Shown: piece by piece, positions 46,522 to 56,436 of the stretch
Layout: every line of letters begins with the position of its first letter
Numbering within the stretch: the stretch's first letter is position 1
Origin: an uncultured Chloroflexia bacterium
Lineage (GTDB): Bacteria > Chloroflexota > Limnocylindria > Limnocylindrales > CSP1-4
Length of the DNA: 64,000 nucleotides
Direction: 5' to 3'
NCBI GenBank assembly: GCA_963778815.1
Contig: CAVZVS010000005.1
Coordinates: 30,653-94,652, forward strand
Notes under the pieces: model-generated
Database searches by the model: none
What the model was told of the DNA's origin: nothing
Seen by the model: only the letters and a program-made list of their open reading frames with translations
Translations under genes and position numbers: made by a program

Positions 46522-48738
46522 TCAGCCGGCCGAATCGACCAGTGCTTCGCGCCGGCGAGGCGTCTTGGCGACGGGAGCCGACGGCAGGCCGGCCGCCGGC
46601 AGGTACAGCTGCTCCGTGTACTCGTGGAGCATCCGTGTCGTCGAGAAGCGCCAGATGGTGCTGCCGATCGACTTCCGCATCAGCTCGGTCCAGGCGCGCG
46701 GGACGCCGCTCGAATCGCGGGTGTAGTAGCGCGGCAGGATCTCCTGCTCGACGATCCGGTAGAGGTCCTGGGCGTCGGCCCAGTCCTGGGCGCCCTCGTC
46801 GGGGTTCTGGTCGCGGCCACCGATGGCCCAGCCGTTGTCCCCGGTCCAGCCCTCGTCCCACCAGCCGTCCAGGACCGAGGCGTTGACCACGCCGTTCTGG
46901 GCCGCCTTCATGCCCGACGTGCCGCTGGCCTCGAGCGGTCGACGTGGGTTGTTCAGCCAGACGTCGACGCCGTGGACCAGGAAGCGGGCGATCCGCATGT
47001 CGTAGTCCTCGACGATGAAGACCCGGCCGCGCAGCTCGGGCGAGCGCGAGCGGGTGAAGATCTCCTGGATGACCCGCTGGCCGGGCCGATCGGCCGGATG
47101 GGCCTTGCCGGCGAACACGATCTGGATCGGTCGCTCCTTGTCCCACAGCAGCTTCGACAGTCGATCGAGGTCGCTGAACAGCAGGGCCGCCCGCTTGTAG
47201 GTCGCGAAACGGCGGGCGAAGCCGATCGTCAGGATGTCCGGGTCGAGCGCCGTCTCGAGTTCCTCGAGGACCCCCGGCGACTCGCCGTGGCGGGCGAACT
47301 GGTTGCGCAGGCGACCCCGGGCGAAGATCGCCAACTCCAGCTTCTGGCGCTGATGGGCGCGCCACAGGTCGGCATCCGGGACCCGCGACATCCGTTCCCA
47401 GAAGCGCCGCCGCTCGGTCTGCGGGTCGAGATCGTCCAGGTCCGCCTCGAGATAGCGGCGATAGAGCTCGGCCATCGCCCGGCCCACCCAGGTCGGCGAG
47501 TGGACGCCGTTGGTGATGCCCAGGATGCGCCCGTCGAGGACCCCCTCCCAGGTCGCGTTGGCGGTCTCGGCGTGGAGCTGGCTGACCGCGTTGGCGCCGT
47601 TCGTCTGGCGCAGCGAGAAGGCGGTCATGTCGAAGGCGCTGGTGTCGCCATCGACGCCTCGCCCGAGCTCCAGGATCCGGTCAAGCGGGACGCCGCCGGT
47701 GTCCGGCCGGCCATCACCCTCCAGGAGCGGACCGGCCAGTCGCCGGACCAGGCTCACGTCGAACCGTTCGTTGCCGGCCGAGACGGGGGTGTGGATCGTG
47801 AACACGCTCGAGCGCTTGACGCTGTCGAGAGCGCCGTCGAGGCTGGCGCCGCCGGCCACCAGCTCGCGGGCTCGTTCTGCCAGCAGGAAGGCCGAGTGGC
47901 CCTCGTTGAGGTGCCAGACCGCCGGGCTGAGCCCGAGGGCCCGGATCGCCCGGACCCCGCCGACACCCAGGATGAGCTCCTGGTGGAGGCGCATCTCGCG
48001 TCCTCGGACGTACAGGATGTTGGTGATCGGTCGGTCTGCGTCGGCGTTCTCGGGCAGGTCCGTGTCGAGGAGCAGGACCGGCACGCGACCGACCTGGGCG
48101 ACCCAGACGGCCACGTGGACGTCGCGACCGGGCAGCGGGACCGTGACCTGGAGCGCATCGCCGTTCGGATCGGAGGCTCGCAGGAGGGGCAGTCGGTTGA
48201 GGTCGTAGTCCGGGTAGGCGTGCTCCTGGTGACCGTCGGCGTCGATCGTCTGGCGGAAGTAGCCCTTGCGATAGAGCAGACCCACCCCGACGAAGGGCAG
48301 GGCCATGTCGCTGGCCGACTTCATGTGGTCGCCGGCCAGCACGCCCAGGCCGCCCGAATAGATCCCGAGCGACTCGTGGAAGCCGTACTCCGCACAGAAG
48401 TAGGCGATCGGGCCCTGAAGGGCAGCGCCGTGGGCGCGCTGGAACCAGTGGTCGCTGCCATTGGTCATGTAGGCGTCGAACTGGCGCAGGATGCCCTGGT
48501 ACTCGGCGAGCAGATCGGGGTCCTCGAGGACCTCGGCCCAACGGACCGGACCCTCGAGCAAGGGGACGGGGTTCCGATAGCGCGCCCAGGCGGCACCGTC
48601 GAGGCGGCTGAACAGAGCCCGCGCTCCCGGATGCCACGTCCACCACAGGTTGTAGGCCATCCGACGAAGGCCTTCGAGCTGGGGTGGGACGCGGAATGCG
48701 ACGCCGGGCAGCGTCGGAACGACGATCTTCGACTCCAT
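46522..48738 (-). CDS. glgP: Alpha-glucan (glycogen/maltodextrin) phosphorylase
   Basis: AYFCAEYG..ESL.IYSGGLGVLAGDH.K, HLNEGH, GFARRFATYKRA, PLEASGTSGMK. Confidence 0.95.
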   Translation of the reverse strand: MESKIVVPTLPGVAFRVPPQLEGLRRMAYNLWWTWHPGARALFSRLDGAAWARYRNPVPLLEGPVRWAEVLEDPDLLAEYQGILRQFDAYMTNGSDHWFQRAHGAALQGPIAYFCAEYGFHESLGIYSGGLGVLAGDHMKSASDMALPFVGVGLLYRKGYFRQTIDADGHQEHAYPDYDLNRLPLLRASDPNGDALQVTVPLPGRDVHVAVWVAQVGRVPVLLLDTDLPENADADRPITNILYVRGREMRLHQELILGVGGVRAIRALGLSPAVWHLNEGHSAFLLAERARELVAGGASLDGALDSVKRSSVFTIHTPVSAGNERFDVSLVRRLAGPLLEGDGRPDTGGVPLDRILELGRGVDGDTSAFDMTAFSLRQTNGANAVSQLHAETANATWEGVLDGRILGITNGVHSPTWVGRAMAELYRRYLEADLDDLDPQTERRRFWERMSRVPDADLWRAHQRQKLELAIFARGRLRNQFARHGESPGVLEELETALDPDILTIGFARRFATYKRAALLFSDLDRLSKLLWDKERPIQIVFAGKAHPADRPGQRVIQEIFTRSRSPELRGRVFIVEDYDMRIARFLVHGVDVWLNNPRRPLEASGTSGMKAAQNGVVNASVLDGWWDEGWTGDNGWAIGGRDQNPDEGAQDWADAQDLYRIVEQEILPRYYTRDSSGVPRAWTELMRKSIGSTIWRFSTTRMLHEYTEQLYLPAAGLPSAPVAKTPRRREALVDSAG

Positions 48739-48790
48739 CGGCCCGCATCATAGCGGGCCGAGGGTGCCTCCTATCGGTACCATGCAGACG

Positions 48791-50308
48791 ATGCGTGTCG
48801 CCTTCATCGCCGCCGAGTGTGAGCCGTGGGCCAAGACGGGCGGCCTGGCTGACGTCGTGGACGCCCTGGCTCGCGCGCTCGGTCGGATCCCGAACGGCCC
48901 GCAGACACCGGTCGACGTGTTCCTCCCGCGCTACCGGGCGATGACCCTGCCTGACGGCGAGCACCCACGCCGTCGCCTGCGGGTGCCCGACCCGATGTCC
49001 CCGACCGGCACGACCGAGGTCACCGTCGTCGACATCGTCAGCCACGGCTATCGGCTACGCCTGATCGACCACCCGCCGGCGTTCGATCGGGCGGGTTACT
49101 ACGGCGAGCCCGGGGGCGACGACTACCCGGACAACGGCTGGCGATTCGGGTTGTTCTGTCGGGCCGCGCTCGAGACGCTCCGGGCAGATGAACGGCCGAT
49201 CGACGTCATCCACCTCCACGACTGGCACGCCGGACCCGCGGTGATCCTGCGCGACCGGTTCTACGCCGAGGACCCGATCGTCGGCCGAGCCGCGAGCCTG
49301 ATCACGATCCACAACCTGGCGTATCACGGCTGGGTCCCGCGCGACCGGCTGGCCGAGCTGGGGCTCGCCCCCGGCGATGGTGCGATCCGCCTGGACGCCG
49401 TCGGGCTGGACCTGCTCCTCGCCGGCATCGAGCGGTCCGAGCTGGCCAACACGGTCAGCCCCGGCTACGCCGCCGAGTCGCTCACGCCTGACTACGGGAT
49501 GGGACTGGATGAGGCGCTCGTGCTCAAGACCGCCCAGCGCACCAGGTCGGGTGGACCGCGCTTCTTCGGCATCCTTAACGGGCTCGACACGCAGCTGTGG
49601 GATCCAGCCACCGACGCCGACCTCGCGGCGGGCTACGACGCGAGGGACCTCGCCGGCAAGGCCGCTTGTCGGGCTGACCTGCTGGCCCGCCATGGGATGG
49701 ACCCCGACGACCCGGCGCCTGTTCTCGGGATGATCGGCCGGCTCGACCCGCAGAAGGGCTTCGACCTGCTCGCCGCCGCCGCGCCGAGACTGGTCGCGCT
49801 CGGTGCCCGGATCGTCGTCCAGGGCAGCGGCGACGCCCGGCTGGCCGACCCGTTCCGGGCCCTGGCGGCGGCCCGCCCCGATGCGGTCGCCCTGGTCGAG
49901 CGATTCGACCGGGCCAATGCCCGCCGGATCTATGCCGGGTCGGACCTGTTCCTGATGCCGTCCCGCTTCGAACCGTGCGGCCAGGGCCAGATGATCGCCC
50001 TGCGCTACGGCACGCCGCCCGTCGTCCGCCGGACGGGCGGCCTGGGCGACACGGTCAGCGACGAGACGGAGGAGCCGGGGGAGGGCACCGGTTTCGTCTT
50101 CGACGAAGCGAACGCCGACGCGCTCATCCAGGCCTGCGAGCGAGCCTTCGCGATCCGGGGGACGGATGGATCCGGCCTCGCCTGGAAGGAGCTCATCCAG
50201 CGCGGGATGGCCCTCGACTTCGCCTGGGAGACGGGCTCGGCGCCGCGCTATGCCGCGGCCTATCGGGAGGCGGTCGAGCTCCGTCGGGCGGCGGCGGACA
50301 GGGGCTGA
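48791..50308 (+). CDS. glgA: Glycogen synthase (GT5)
   Basis: KTGGLADV, H.HDWH, TIHNLAY.G, GILNG.D, RL..QKG, PSRFEPCG; start behind TACCAT. Confidence 0.93.
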   Translation: MRVAFIAAECEPWAKTGGLADVVDALARALGRIPNGPQTPVDVFLPRYRAMTLPDGEHPRRRLRVPDPMSPTGTTEVTVVDIVSHGYRLRLIDHPPAFDRAGYYGEPGGDDYPDNGWRFGLFCRAALETLRADERPIDVIHLHDWHAGPAVILRDRFYAEDPIVGRAASLITIHNLAYHGWVPRDRLAELGLAPGDGAIRLDAVGLDLLLAGIERSELANTVSPGYAAESLTPDYGMGLDEALVLKTAQRTRSGGPRFFGILNGLDTQLWDPATDADLAAGYDARDLAGKAACRADLLARHGMDPDDPAPVLGMIGRLDPQKGFDLLAAAAPRLVALGARIVVQGSGDARLADPFRALAAARPDAVALVERFDRANARRIYAGSDLFLMPSRFEPCGQGQMIALRYGTPPVVRRTGGLGDTVSDETEEPGEGTGFVFDEANADALIQACERAFAIRGTDGSGLAWKELIQRGMALDFAWETGSAPRYAAAYREAVELRRAAADRG

Positions 50309-50464
50309 GGCAGCACGCGCTCAACGCGCGTCGAGCGCGCGCAGCAGGGCAAGCAAGGTCGTGACCGCTTCGACTGGTGGGCAACGTGGCACAGCCACCG
50401 GGTCCGCCTCGCCCGGCTAGAATCGGGTCATCGCCGCTCAAGCCCGCGGCACCCCGGAGGTCGT

Positions 50465-50854
50465 ATGGCCAGGCAGTTCGTCGTCCAGCTCAAGAACCAG
50501 CCGGGAGCCCTGGCCATCCTGGCCGAGGCCCTCGCCGCGCGCGGGGTCGATCTGCGGGCGATCGGCGGGGGCAGCATCGGCGATTCGGGCCACGTGATCA
50601 TGACCACCGCCGACGACGACGCGACCAAGGAGATCCTCGACGAGGGCGGCTACACCTACGTCGAGGGCGAGGCGATCCTGTCCGAGGTCGGCGATCGACC
50701 GGGCGGGATGGCCGCCATCGCCCGGGAGCTGGCCGATGCCGGCGTGAACATCCAGGGCCACCTCTTCCTGGGTCGCTGGGGCGACCGTGCCATGTTCACC
50801 TTCGTGGTCGACAAGCCGGACATCGCCCGCCCCATCCTCGAGCGCAAGCCGTAG
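50465..50854 (+). CDS. Tandem ACT-domain protein
   Basis: QF.V.L.N.PG.LA, then DRPGGMA....LADAGVNI; GGAGG RBS. Confidence 0.88.
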   Translation: MARQFVVQLKNQPGALAILAEALAARGVDLRAIGGGSIGDSGHVIMTTADDDATKEILDEGGYTYVEGEAILSEVGDRPGGMAAIARELADAGVNIQGHLFLGRWGDRAMFTFVVDKPDIARPILERKP

Positions 50855-51444
50855 CCCCGACCGACGAGGCCCTCCTCGCGCGTGAAGCCTCCCTCCAGGC
50901 GGAGGCCTCGACCGTCCTCGCCGATCTCGACCTGCTGGCCCGTCTCGCGACGATCGGGCGACCGGTCCAGACGGGCAGCGTCGCGCTCGGCCTGATGGTC
51001 TGGCGCGACATCGACCTGACCGTCCTGTGCCCGTCGCTCGACGTCGAGCCGGTCTTCGAGATCGGCAGGTCGCTGGCAGCCCACCCGCATCTGCGCAAGC
51101 TCGGGTTCCGCAACGACACCGGCCGCTGGAACACCGACCCCGACTACCCCGACGGCCTGTACTGGGCGCTCGAGTATCGGACGCCGACCGGGGCGGCCTG
51201 GAACGTCGATGTGTGGTTCCTGCGCGAGGGCACGACCCAGTTCGACCTCCAGCACCTGGAGACGCTCCTGCCGCGACTGACCCCGGAGACGCGTCTGGCG
51301 ATCCTGCGGATCAAGGACGCCTGGCATGGTCGCCCTGAGTATCGGTCCGAGATCCGGAGCTACCACATCTACGAAGCCGTCCTTGAACACGGCGTGCGGA
51401 CGCCCGATGGGTTCCAGACCTACCTGACCGAGCGCCGGGGTTAG
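50851..51444 (+). CDS. Putative Pol-beta-like nucleotidyltransferase; no canonical start codon found
   Basis: GSVALGLMVWRDID (GS..DxD) and W..DVW motifs; the frame at the expected N-terminus begins GTA overlapping the ACT stop. Confidence 0.65.
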   Translation, partial: VAPTDEALLAREASLQAEASTVLADLDLLARLATIGRPVQTGSVALGLMVWRDIDLTVLCPSLDVEPVFEIGRSLAAHPHLRKLGFRNDTGRWNTDPDYPDGLYWALEYRTPTGAAWNVDVWFLREGTTQFDLQHLETLLPRLTPETRLAILRIKDAWHGRPEYRSEIRSYHIYEAVLEHGVRTPDGFQTYLTERRG

Positions 51445-52169
51445 GCCCGGGGCAGTGCCGACAGAGCACTCGTCGAAGGTGACGTGGCCAGGACGGCCCG
51501 GCGCCCCCGGCGCATGCCGACCGACATCACGATCCGATAGCAGAACAGGAAGGTCACTGCCACCGTGGCGCCGACGTAGATCCACCAGGCCCAGGCAGAA
51601 CCGCTATCGGTCCCCGCTCCGAGTCCGTGAGCGGTCGCGCCGATGAAGGCCAGGAAGGTCAGGTAGTGGAGCAGCCGCCAGGTGCGTTGGCCGATCCTGC
51701 GCCGGACGTAGAAGCTGGCGATCACCAGGGCCATCAGGTAGAACGCGACCTGGCCGGCCGCAACGGCGATCGGCGCGTGCGGCGATAGGCCCGGGACGGC
51801 GATCTGGGACAGGCTGAACGGGATCGTCTTGTCGAGCGCAAGCAGCGCGCCATGGACGCCGGCCAGCCCCAACCCGATCGAGGCCAGGTCCTGGTGGAGA
51901 TCGAACGTGATCGGCCGATGGGCGATCGCATCGAGGATCTTGGTGGAGAGCAGGAGCCCATAGATCACCGACCCGGCCACCGCGAAGTAGGCCAGGAACC
52001 CGGCGATCCGCTCGACCAACCAGGGGAGGCTGGCCCGGTTCGCCTCCCAGGCGGTCGCCAGCGATCGGGCGGCCGAGGGAGCAGTGGCTCCCAGGATCAT
52101 CCCCACCGCGACGGCGAACAAGCCCCAGCGCAGGAGCTGGGTGCGTGGATCCAGGCCCTGGAACCTCAT
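51441..52169 (-). CDS. Ferric-reductase-like (MsrQ-type) transmembrane cytochrome b
   Basis: 6 TM with four His (DLHQ, GVHG, LLHY, TAHG); GLLLST and WR.LHY motifs; ATGA overlap. Confidence 0.85.
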   Translation of the reverse strand: MRFQGLDPRTQLLRWGLFAVAVGMILGATAPSAARSLATAWEANRASLPWLVERIAGFLAYFAVAGSVIYGLLLSTKILDAIAHRPITFDLHQDLASIGLGLAGVHGALLALDKTIPFSLSQIAVPGLSPHAPIAVAAGQVAFYLMALVIASFYVRRRIGQRTWRLLHYLTFLAFIGATAHGLGAGTDSGSAWAWWIYVGATVAVTFLFCYRIVMSVGMRRGRRAVLATSPSTSALSALPRA

Positions 52170-53188
52170 ACCAGCCAGCGCATGATCGAAGGAGTCAAGA
52201 GGAGCTCGTCCCGGTCGGTCAGGAGGATCGCACCGTCCACGCCGGGTCGGGCGAGCGCGTCGAGCGCCACGTCGGAACCGAGGATCACCGCCGTCTTGGC
52301 GAGTGCCTCGGCCTCGCGTGCCGTTCCAGCCAGGACCGTCGCCTGGACGATGTCGGTGCGGGCCGGCAGTCCGGTCCTTGGGTCGATCAGGTGGTGCGCG
52401 ACGCGGTCGCCATGGACCCAACGATGAACGCTCGTCCCGGACGTGGCCAGCCCGAACCGACGGCCACCATGGCGATCCGAGCCGATGAGATCGAGCTCGA
52501 GCAGGTCCTCGTCGTCGGTGCGTGGATCGGCGATTCCCAGTCGCCAGCGCTGACCGCGACCCAGCCTGAGCGCGATGTCGCCGTCAGCATCGACCACAGC
52601 CGCCGGGAACCGATCGAGTCGATCGAGCGCCCGATCGGCCAGCCAGCCTTTGGCCACCCCATCCAGGTCGAAGCGGAGGCCGGCTGAGCGGCGGACGTGT
52701 GTCGTGCGAGGACCCCGATCCATCGACCAGGTGCGGTCGATCGACCCGATGTCGCCGGACGGATCGCCGGAGTGTTCGGCGGCCAGCCGAGCGTTGAGCA
52801 TCGCGACGTCGACGATCCCGTCGCTCAGCCCCTCGGCCATCCGGGCCCAGTCGAGCGCCGCCGCGAGGGTCGGACGAACGGGCACCCGACCGGCCGGGGA
52901 AGCGTTGAGGCGTGCCAAGTCTGAGGACGTCGTGAAGCGGGTCAGGCGGTCGGCCCACGCGCCGACCCGGCGCAGGGTCGATCGCGCTGCCCGGCGCGCT
53001 TGAGAGGTCGCCTCCATCCCGCCATCGATCGGACGGACATGGATGCCGACCGTACCGCCCATCAGGCTCGTCTCGGCCGACACGAGCGGTGGCTCGACGC
53101 CATCGACCGGCCCAGGCGCCGGGTGACCGTGACTGGCCGGCCCGGCGCCTGGGGGCCACGGGGCGGGAGCGACGAACGCGATACTCAT
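52166..53188 (-). CDS. apbE: FAD:protein FMN transferase
   Basis: MGG.V, LTRF...SDL..LN, FDLDG.AKGW.AD, DA.GD, ATSG, HHLIDPRTG.P, AEALAK. Confidence 0.9.
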   Translation of the reverse strand: MSIAFVAPAPWPPGAGPASHGHPAPGPVDGVEPPLVSAETSLMGGTVGIHVRPIDGGMEATSQARRAARSTLRRVGAWADRLTRFTTSSDLARLNASPAGRVPVRPTLAAALDWARMAEGLSDGIVDVAMLNARLAAEHSGDPSGDIGSIDRTWSMDRGPRTTHVRRSAGLRFDLDGVAKGWLADRALDRLDRFPAAVVDADGDIALRLGRGQRWRLGIADPRTDDEDLLELDLIGSDRHGGRRFGLATSGTSVHRWVHGDRVAHHLIDPRTGLPARTDIVQATVLAGTAREAEALAKTAVILGSDVALDALARPGVDGAILLTDRDELLLTPSIMRWLV

Positions 53189-53529
53189 GGCTTGCCTCCC
53201 GATTGACGCGTCGTGACGACCACGACGCGCGGCTTCGGTGCGGGCGCCTGCTTCACGACCGTGTGCGGCGGCGCCGTCTGGCCCGGTTTGAGGTGGACGT
53301 ACTGGACGACGTGGCGCACCGCGGGCGGCGGGTCAGCCGGCAGCGTCACCGTCGTCTGGACCGCGGCGGGCGCCGAGCTTGCAGACGACGGTGCGACGAG
53401 GGCTGTCACCAGCGCGCTGGCCGCTGCGACCGCGCCCATCCCGAAGGCGATCCGGAGCGGGCGAGCGTCCGGACGCGGTCGCGCCACCGGAGCCGGTCGT
53501 GCCGCCCGGCTGCTGCCGATGTCCGCCAT
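53185..53529 (-). CDS. Small membrane-anchored/secreted Pro-rich protein ending VVTTRQSGGKP
   Basis: One hydrophobic helix, Pro/Ala-rich stalk; overlaps both neighbours. Confidence 0.75.
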   Translation of the reverse strand: MADIGSSRAARPAPVARPRPDARPLRIAFGMGAVAAASALVTALVAPSSASSAPAAVQTTVTLPADPPPAVRHVVQYVHLKPGQTAPPHTVVKQAPAPKPRVVVVTTRQSGGKP

Positions 53530-53816
53530 CAGTCGCCTGCCTCCGATCCTTCGGACTCGCCACCGCCGCTGGACTTGATGACCTTGTGGACCGTGACCGT
53601 CTTGCGCGGCTTGGGCGGCGCGATGTAGACCTTGTCGACCTGGACGGGGGGCGGTGCGGCGACGTCCGCAGCGCCTGCGCTCACGGTCGATGCCGGATCC
53701 GCCGAGGCGGCCGGTGCGGTCGTGACACCGGGCGCGAACCCGGCGGCCGTGAGTGCGACTGCGAGCGCCAGGGCGGCGGCCAGTGAGGCGAAGAAGAGCG
53801 CGGCCTTGTGGATCAT
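53529..53816 (-). CDS. Small secreted Pro/Ala-rich protein with acidic tail
   Basis: Signal peptide MIHKAALFFASLAAALALA; VQVDKVYI; SSGGGESEGSEAGD; GAGG RBS. Confidence 0.75.
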   Translation of the reverse strand: MIHKAALFFASLAAALALAVALTAAGFAPGVTTAPAASADPASTVSAGAADVAAPPPVQVDKVYIAPPKPRKTVTVHKVIKSSGGGESEGSEAGD

Positions 53817-53957
53817 CGTGGCTGACCTCATCGGTTGGTTGGTGATGAAGGCAGCATCGGGTCGTGCCATGGGACCGCCCTGTGGCTCCGATGAGAAGCT
53901 TCAAAGACAGGCCATTCGGTCCTCGACGTGCGGGTGTCTCACCCGCAGGATGAGCAC

Positions 53958-54635
53958 ATGATGCAGATCCTGGTGGTCGAGGACGAAGCCAAGATGGCCG
54001 CGCTGATCAAGCGCGTGCTGACGGCGGAGCGGCATGTCGTCGACGTGGCGCCCGATGGGCTGACCGCCGTCGCGCTGGCCCAGCGCGGCGCATACGACGT
54101 GATCGTCCTGGATCGGATGCTCCCGGACATCGACGGGGTGACCCTCCTGCGGCTCCTCCGGACGAAGGGGCTGGTCACGCCCGTCCTGATGCTGACAGCG
54201 CTCGGAGCGGTCGACGACCGGGTCGCCGGGCTCGACGCCGGGGCGGACGACTATCTGGCCAAACCGTTCGCCTTCGCCGAGCTCATCGCCCGGATCCGCG
54301 CCCTCGGTCGGCGCTCCGCCGTGGCCCCCGTCCGGCCGCTCCAGGCCGGCGACCTGTCGATCGACGATCTCCGCCACGTAGCCCAGGTCGGGGACCGGAC
54401 AGTGGACCTGTCGGCCCGCGAGTTCGCCCTGCTCGGCTACCTCATCCGCCATGTCGGCCAGGTGTTGACCCGGCAGCAGATCCTCGATGCGGTCTGGGGG
54501 GCGGAGCCCGACGTCTACTCGAACGTGGTGGACCTGTACGTCCATTACCTGCGCCGCAAGCTCGGAGAGCTCGGGCGGGCCGACCGGCTGCGCACCGTTC
54601 GCGGCGTCGGCTACACGCTCCGGGCTGAGGCCTGA
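53958..54635 (+). CDS. OmpR family response regulator
   Basis: ILVVEDE, LDRMLP..DG, GLD.GADDYL.KPF, L..REF.LL.YL, NVVD.YV.YLRRKL, TVRGVGY. Confidence 0.94.
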   Translation: MMQILVVEDEAKMAALIKRVLTAERHVVDVAPDGLTAVALAQRGAYDVIVLDRMLPDIDGVTLLRLLRTKGLVTPVLMLTALGAVDDRVAGLDAGADDYLAKPFAFAELIARIRALGRRSAVAPVRPLQAGDLSIDDLRHVAQVGDRTVDLSAREFALLGYLIRHVGQVLTRQQILDAVWGAEPDVYSNVVDLYVHYLRRKLGELGRADRLRTVRGVGYTLRAEA

Positions 54636-54644
54636 TCGGTCCGC

Positions 54645-55940
54645 ATGACCGATCCGACCGCCCGGCTCCTCCGGACGACCCGTCGCCGGCTGATCGTGGT
54701 CACCCTCGGGCTGATCGCCTTGCTCGTGGTCGGGATCGGGGCTGCGACCGCCTTCGTCGGCCTGCGTGTGCTCGATGCAGAGGTCGACCGGGCGCTGGCC
54801 GCCAGCGTCGACTCGGCGATCGTGGGGCTTCACGGCGAGCTGCCCCAGGCGCAGGGGGAGACCGATGGGGACGACACCGCCCCAGCCTCAGCCGATACCT
54901 TCCTGCTCTACCTGGATCCATCCGGCAAGTCGCTGGCGAACCCTTCGCGCGTGGCCCTCCGGGGGCTGCCCAACGCATCCGCACTGGCCGCCGCTTCGTC
55001 CTCTGGGCGCGACCTGCGGACGGTCGATGCGGCCGGGGTCGAGGTCCGCCTCCTGACCGTGCCAGTCCTCGCGTCGGAAGGTGGGTCGCCGGCCGGCTTC
55101 GTCCAGGGAGGGTTCGTCCTGACCCTTCACGATGCCCAATCGAACAGCCTGATCGCGGCCATCGCGCTGGTCGGCGTCGTCGGCCTGCTCGGCGCTGCGC
55201 TGGTCACCCTCCTCGTCACTGGGGACGCACTCGTGCCGATCCGCCAGTCGTTCGCTGCTCAGCGGCGCTTCGTGGCCGATGCCTCGCACGAGTTGCGAAC
55301 CCCGACCGCGTTGATCCGGGCGAACGCCGAGGTGCTCGATCGCGAGGACCTCGTCCTCGGCGACGGGCGTCCCCTGGTCGGCGATATCGTGGCTGAGACC
55401 GACCGCCTCTCCCGCCTCATCGGCGACCTGCTCCAGCTCGCCTCGTCCGACGCGAGCGGGCTGGTCCTCGATCGGCAGCGGACCGACCTGGCCGCCGTCG
55501 CCACCGACACCGTGCGCCAGGCGGGGGCGCTGGCAGCCGAGCGCCGGGTAGCGCTGCGGATGCTGCCGGTGCCGGTCGGTGCCTCGACCTTCGTCCTGGG
55601 CGACCGCGATCGGTTGACCCAGCTGCTGCTGATCCTGCTCGACAACGCATTCGATCACACGCCCGACGGGACGTCCGTCACGGTCGGCGTTCGACCGACC
55701 GGCCGGACCGTGGAGTTGACGGTGGCCGACCAGGGGCCCGGGATCGCGAGTGGCGACCGCGATCGGATCTTCGAGCCGTTCGCTCGACTGACCGGCGTGT
55801 CCCGTGAGCGCGCCGGCGGCACGGGGCTCGGCTTGGCCATCGCCCGCCGGATCGCGACGGCCCACGACGGGACGATCGGAGTGGACGACGCAGCAGAGGG
55901 CGGGGCGAGGTTCGTGCTCACCCTGCCGAAGGTGGACTGA
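54645..55940 (+). CDS. Sensor histidine kinase (HisKA)
   Basis: 2 TM; FVADASHELRTP; LLDNA, D.GPGI, IFEPF, GTGLGLAI. Confidence 0.94.
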   Translation: MTDPTARLLRTTRRRLIVVTLGLIALLVVGIGAATAFVGLRVLDAEVDRALAASVDSAIVGLHGELPQAQGETDGDDTAPASADTFLLYLDPSGKSLANPSRVALRGLPNASALAAASSSGRDLRTVDAAGVEVRLLTVPVLASEGGSPAGFVQGGFVLTLHDAQSNSLIAAIALVGVVGLLGAALVTLLVTGDALVPIRQSFAAQRRFVADASHELRTPTALIRANAEVLDREDLVLGDGRPLVGDIVAETDRLSRLIGDLLQLASSDASGLVLDRQRTDLAAVATDTVRQAGALAAERRVALRMLPVPVGASTFVLGDRDRLTQLLLILLDNAFDHTPDGTSVTVGVRPTGRTVELTVADQGPGIASGDRDRIFEPFARLTGVSRERAGGTGLGLAIARRIATAHDGTIGVDDAAEGGARFVLTLPKVD

Positions 55941-56143
55941 GCGCGGACCGGGCTCGCCAGATGGCACGGCCGGATGGGCGAACGCACATCCGGGCCAAAG
56001 GACGGCCACATCGGCCGACGCGATGCTGGGATCAGGCCGCGTGATGGCGATCGACGTCATCCGCGCGGCCGGCCATCGATGAAACCTCGACGCGATCCCT
56101 CTCCTCGAAGGGATGTCGACCCATCCTCATGGAGGACCCGACT

Positions 56144-56434
56144 TTGGCCTACGTGATCGCCGAACCGTGCATCGACAACAACGACCAGTCGTGCGTGTCA
56201 GTCTGCCCGGTCGACTGCATCAGCGCCGACCCGACGGTCGATCGCAAGTTCTACATCGACCCGGACGGCTGCATCGATTGCGGATCGTGCGAGGCCGCCT
56301 GTCCCAACCAGGCGATCTTCCGGGCCGACCAGTTGCCGCCCGAGTGGGTGGACTTCGCCTTGATCGACGCGACCTGGTATCGCGACCAGGCTGCTGCCCG
56401 CGACGCTGTGGACAGCGCCGCGTCGGCAGCCTGA
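56144..56434 (+). CDS. Ferredoxin (FdxA-like 7Fe/8Fe)
   Basis: AYVIAEPCID..D.SCV.VCPVDCI, YIDPD.CIDCG.CE.ACP; GGAGG before TTG 56144. Confidence 0.93.
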   Translation: MAYVIAEPCIDNNDQSCVSVCPVDCISADPTVDRKFYIDPDGCIDCGSCEAACPNQAIFRADQLPPEWVDFALIDATWYRDQAAARDAVDSAASAA

Positions 56435-56436
56435 CG

